Under the pieces are notes generated by a model that made no database searches, was not told where the DNA came from, and saw only the letters and a program-made list of their open reading frames with translations. Shown here in pieces: positions 34,940 to 37,933 of a stretch of DNA of 37,933 nucleotides. Within the stretch, counting starts at the first letter, position 1. The number at the start of each line of letters is the position of its first letter. The translations under genes and the position numbers were made by a program. The stretch lies in the sequence record DRR723986_4851, one strand, 5' to 3'.

Positions 34940-35809
34940 TCAACCGGAAGGCGCCACGTGCGCCATAATCCAGTCCGCCAGCTCACCCAGGACCTGCTGG
35001 CGCTCCGGCTCATTGAATATCTCATGATACAGGCCGGGGTAGAGCTCAAGCTGCTTGTCCGTCGAACCGATGCCCTCATAAAAAACCCGGGAACCCTCAG
35101 GGGGGGTCATCGCATCCGCATCACCGTGCATCACCAGCATCGGCAAGGTGAGAGCGCTGCGCCCGGCAGCTACCGCATCCATCATCGCAAACAATTCCGT
35201 TACCAGGCGCGCGCTGATCTTGCCGCTGTGTACCAGGGGATCGCTGACATAGCGCTGGACGACCTCCGGATCACGGCTGACCTCGGCTGCATCGAGTTGC
35301 AACACGCCCAGGGTGGGCCAGACCAGGGACAGACAGCGCATCAGCAGCAGGGTCAGGGCAGAGGGCGCTTCCGGCATTTGCAGTGCTGCCGCGGACAGGG
35401 CGGCGCCGGCAAACTCACTCTGGTGGTTCAGCAGGTAACGGGCGCTGATCAGCCCGCCCATGCTGTGGCCAACCAGGAAGCAGGGACTGCCGGGATACCA
35501 CATGTCGATCATGTCGCGCAGTTCATCCAGGGGGGTCATGAATTCCTCGGCGCTGCGGCAAAAGGCCCGGCGCCCCGGCGACAGTCCGTGGCCGATATGG
35601 TCCGGCGCAACGACCGCCAGCTCCCTGCTGCGCATGAATCGGGCAAAGTCACTGTAGCGGCCCGAGTGCTCACCGAGACCATGTACCAGCAGGATGACGC
35701 CCCGCGCCGCGGGTACTCGCCAATGGCGGTAAAAGACACCGCCCTGCAGCTGCCCCTCTTCCGCTTCCGCTACCTGTGGGGGCTGATCGTGTTCCTGGTC
35801 TGTATCCAT
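34940..35809 (-). CDS. Alpha/beta hydrolase, monoacylglycerol lipase/lysophospholipase family
   Basis: VHGLGEHSGRY, DHIGHGLS.G, GHSMGG nucleophile elbow, HGDAD, YHEIFNEPE. Confidence 0.9.
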   Translation of the reverse strand: MDTDQEHDQPPQVAEAEEGQLQGGVFYRHWRVPAARGVILLVHGLGEHSGRYSDFARFMRSRELAVVAPDHIGHGLSPGRRAFCRSAEEFMTPLDELRDMIDMWYPGSPCFLVGHSMGGLISARYLLNHQSEFAGAALSAAALQMPEAPSALTLLLMRCLSLVWPTLGVLQLDAAEVSRDPEVVQRYVSDPLVHSGKISARLVTELFAMMDAVAAGRSALTLPMLVMHGDADAMTPPEGSRVFYEGIGSTDKQLELYPGLYHEIFNEPERQQVLGELADWIMAHVAPSG

Positions 35810-35876
35810 CAATTCGCTATCTCCCGCTGGACCGCGGCTTACCCGCAGTCACCAAGCACTTGCGCCAGAAGGCCGA

Positions 35877-37007
35877 TCAGGCCGCTGGATCCGGATTCGC
35901 GGTGACCAGTGCCGCCGCGACTTCGTACATAGAATAGAGGTCCTTGCGTGATGCGTACACCAGGGCCCGGTCCTGGCACTGGTGCCGATAATAGCCATCA
36001 CTGACCCGCTCCATGGCGTCGGCAAGCGCGTCCTCGGTGCAGCGCTCCGCCAGCACCAAGCCAGACCCGGCATCGCGCACCTGCTGTGCATAACCGCAGT
36101 TAGCGGTAACGATCGCCGGCAGGCCTGCCACCAGCGCTTCCAGGATCACCGTGCCGCCAGGCTCATCGAGCGCTGGATGGACCAGGGCATCGGCAGCCAG
36201 CAGCAGGTCCGGCATATCCGGCCGCGGACCGAGAAACTGGACCGCAGACTTCAGCCCAGCACGCCCGGCCAACCGGCGCAGGGCGCGAGACCGATCGGCA
36301 CCGACTACCAGTAGCCGGGCTCGCAGGTCGGTTCGCCGTTCCAGCATCGCCGCCAGCGCGCGGATCGCCACCGCCAGCCCGCCGGCTGCGAAATCCGGCG
36401 CGGCAAACAGCAACAGCAGTTCGGTTGGCTGCGCAGCCAGCTCCGCACGGACGCGCTCGCGACGGGACCTGGCATCGGCAGGCCGGCAGTAATCGCGGCT
36501 GACGCCCGGTGGCAGCAGCTGCCAGCGCGATGAAGACCGCGGGTAATTGCGGGCATAGCCGTGTTGCTGGGCCTCCGACAGGAACAGGACCCGGGTGCGC
36601 GCATCGGCGCCAAAAGTTGCCTCTTCACAGGCCAGCAGGTACTTGAAGCCGCCGGAGCGGCGGGCGAGAGGCCCGACCCGCGGCCCGCCGGGATCCCGCA
36701 GGCAGGACTCGGTGGCAAAATACAGGTCCAGCCCGGGTAGCTTGTCAAAACCGATAACCACATCTGCTGGCTCCCGGGCCAGCTCCGCGTGCACAGCGTC
36801 GACGAATAGCTGCTGCCGGCGCTGCCGCGACAGGGCCCGGCAGGGCACCAGCCGCATTGCGACGCCGGCGAGTTTTTCGCCCTGCCAGGCGCTGCTGTAG
36901 ATTCGGCAGTCATGGCCCAGGCGGCGGCATTCCTTCAGCAGCTGGCGCAGGTGCCGCGCTTTTTCGGTGCCGGGCACATGGCGTTGGAGCAGGAAGGCCA
37001 GACGCAC
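35877..37007 (-). CDS. GT4 glycosyltransferase, divergent WaaG/RfaG-like
   Basis: M.LAF.L, WQG, V.GF.KLPGLD.Y.A, LPPG, HPA.DEPGGTVILEA.VAGLP, CGYA; downstream of ilvE as in Pseudomonas-type LPS core loci. Confidence 0.75.
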   Translation of the reverse strand: MRLAFLLQRHVPGTEKARHLRQLLKECRRLGHDCRIYSSAWQGEKLAGVAMRLVPCRALSRQRRQQLFVDAVHAELAREPADVVIGFDKLPGLDLYFATESCLRDPGGPRVGPLARRSGGFKYLLACEEATFGADARTRVLFLSEAQQHGYARNYPRSSSRWQLLPPGVSRDYCRPADARSRRERVRAELAAQPTELLLLFAAPDFAAGGLAVAIRALAAMLERRTDLRARLLVVGADRSRALRRLAGRAGLKSAVQFLGPRPDMPDLLLAADALVHPALDEPGGTVILEALVAGLPAIVTANCGYAQQVRDAGSGLVLAERCTEDALADAMERVSDGYYRHQCQDRALVYASRKDLYSMYEVAAALVTANPDPAA

Positions 37008-37015
37008 GGTCAGCT

Positions 37016-37038
37016 AGGGCCGGTTGGCATCCGGCCCT
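37016..37038. other. Stem-loop between ilvE and the waaG-like gene
   Basis: AGGGCCGG(37016-37023)/CCGGCCCT(37031-37038), 8-bp perfect stem, no U tract. Confidence 0.45.
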
Positions 37039-37041
37039 TGA

Positions 37042-37933
37042 TCAGGCGACGGGCTCCAGCCATTCACTGTTCTGGCTGCGGTTGCCGCGCACGCTGTCGA
37101 AATACATCGTCTGCAACTTCTCGGTCAGCGGGCCGCGGGAGCCGCTGCCAATAGTGCGCCCGTCGAGTTCGCGTATCGGCACAACCTCGGCGGCGGTACC
37201 GGTGAAGAATGCCTCATCGGCGATGTAGACCTCGTCCCGGGTAATCCGTCGCTCGCGGACGGTATAGCCGAGCTCCTCCGCCAGGGTGAAGACGGTGGCG
37301 CGGGTAATGCCGTCGAGACAGGAAGTCAGCTCGGGCGTGTAGATGGTGTTATTGCGGATGACAAACACGTTCTCACCGCTGCCCTCCGCCACATATCCCT
37401 CGTTATCCAGCAGCAGGGCCTCCTCGGCGCCGCTATCGAGAGCCTCCCGAAGGGCCAGCATGGAGTTGATGTAGTTGCCGTTGGCCTTCGCCTTGCACAT
37501 GGAAATGTTCACGTGGTGGCGAGTAAAAGACGAGGTGCGCACCTTGATGCCCCGGTCTCGGGCCTCCGGGTCCATATAGGAGGGCCATTCCCAGGCCGCA
37601 ACCATCACGTGGGTCTTCAGGTTGTCAGCCCGCAGGCCCATACCTTCAGAACCATAAAAACACATGGGCCGGAGATAACCCTCTTCCAGCCCGTTTTCCC
37701 GGACAACATCTTTCTGCGCCTGGTTGAGCGTCTCGCGGTCAAAGGGCATATCCATAGACAGGATGTGGGCCGAATTGAACAAGCGGTTGGTGTGTTCTTT
37801 CAGGCGGAAGATGCAGGTGCCCCGATCCGACGTCTTATAGGCACGCACTCCTTCAAACACGCCCAGCCCGTAGTGGAACGTGTGGGTCAGCACATGCACT
37901 TTCGCTTCCCGCCAGGGAACCATTTCACCATCC
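37042..37933 (-). CDS. ilvE: Branched-chain amino acid aminotransferase (5' end outside window)
   Basis: HYGLGVFEGVRAY, KAKANGNY, EGSGEN, LDGITR, ADEAFFTGTAAEV. Confidence 0.96.
   Translation of the reverse strand, partial: DGEMVPWREAKVHVLTHTFHYGLGVFEGVRAYKTSDRGTCIFRLKEHTNRLFNSAHILSMDMPFDRETLNQAQKDVVRENGLEEGYLRPMCFYGSEGMGLRADNLKTHVMVAAWEWPSYMDPEARDRGIKVRTSSFTRHHVNISMCKAKANGNYINSMLALREALDSGAEEALLLDNEGYVAEGSGENVFVIRNNTIYTPELTSCLDGITRATVFTLAEELGYTVRERRITRDEVYIADEAFFTGTAAEVVPIRELDGRTIGSGSRGPLTEKLQTMYFDSVRGNRSQNSEWLEPVA

Noticed and set aside
1-37933. CRISPR array, IS/transposase, integrase, prophage, rRNA or riboswitch
   Set aside because: No regularly spaced repeat-spacer units or mobile-element motifs were seen, and the intergenic gaps are short (at most about 330 nt) with no recognisable structured-RNA consensus. 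A covariance-model search was not possible.

Overview
GC-rich (roughly 60-65% by eye) gammaproteobacterial chromosome segment. Gene content suggests Halieaceae/OM60-NOR5 type marine bacteria, which is an inference only. It is densely coding, with about 35 CDS and no mobile element, prophage or CRISPR array. In order: the 3' end of a tRNA (probably Leu) with a terminator; small membrane/stress genes; a LytS/LytTR two-component pair with a 21-bp tandem repeat in its promoter; rdgC-mnmH-selD (selenouridine trait); a 3-ketosteroid delta4-dehydrogenase-like flavoprotein; gloA; a Cache-HAMP-PP2C-kinase/STAS partner-switching pair; a PAP2 + MJ1255/VC2487 glycosyltransferase operon behind a four-repeat Pho box; a sulfatase next to an 8-heme cytochrome c/TPR protein; yceI; parE-cpdA-yqiB; tolC; waaA; a four-gene methyltransferase/hydrolase/glycosyltransferase cluster; rmlAC convergent with rmlBD; an alpha/beta hydrolase; a divergent waaG-like gene; and partial ilvE. 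The standout is 27504-31148. Its four genes match the actinobacterial 3-O-methylmannose polysaccharide (MMP) cluster (ManT, putative 3-O-methyltransferase, MmpH hydrolase, MeT1), a polymer I know only from Mycobacterium, Nocardia and Streptomyces, and here they lie between Gram-negative LPS genes. All homology calls come from motif recognition and recalled sequences, not database searches.
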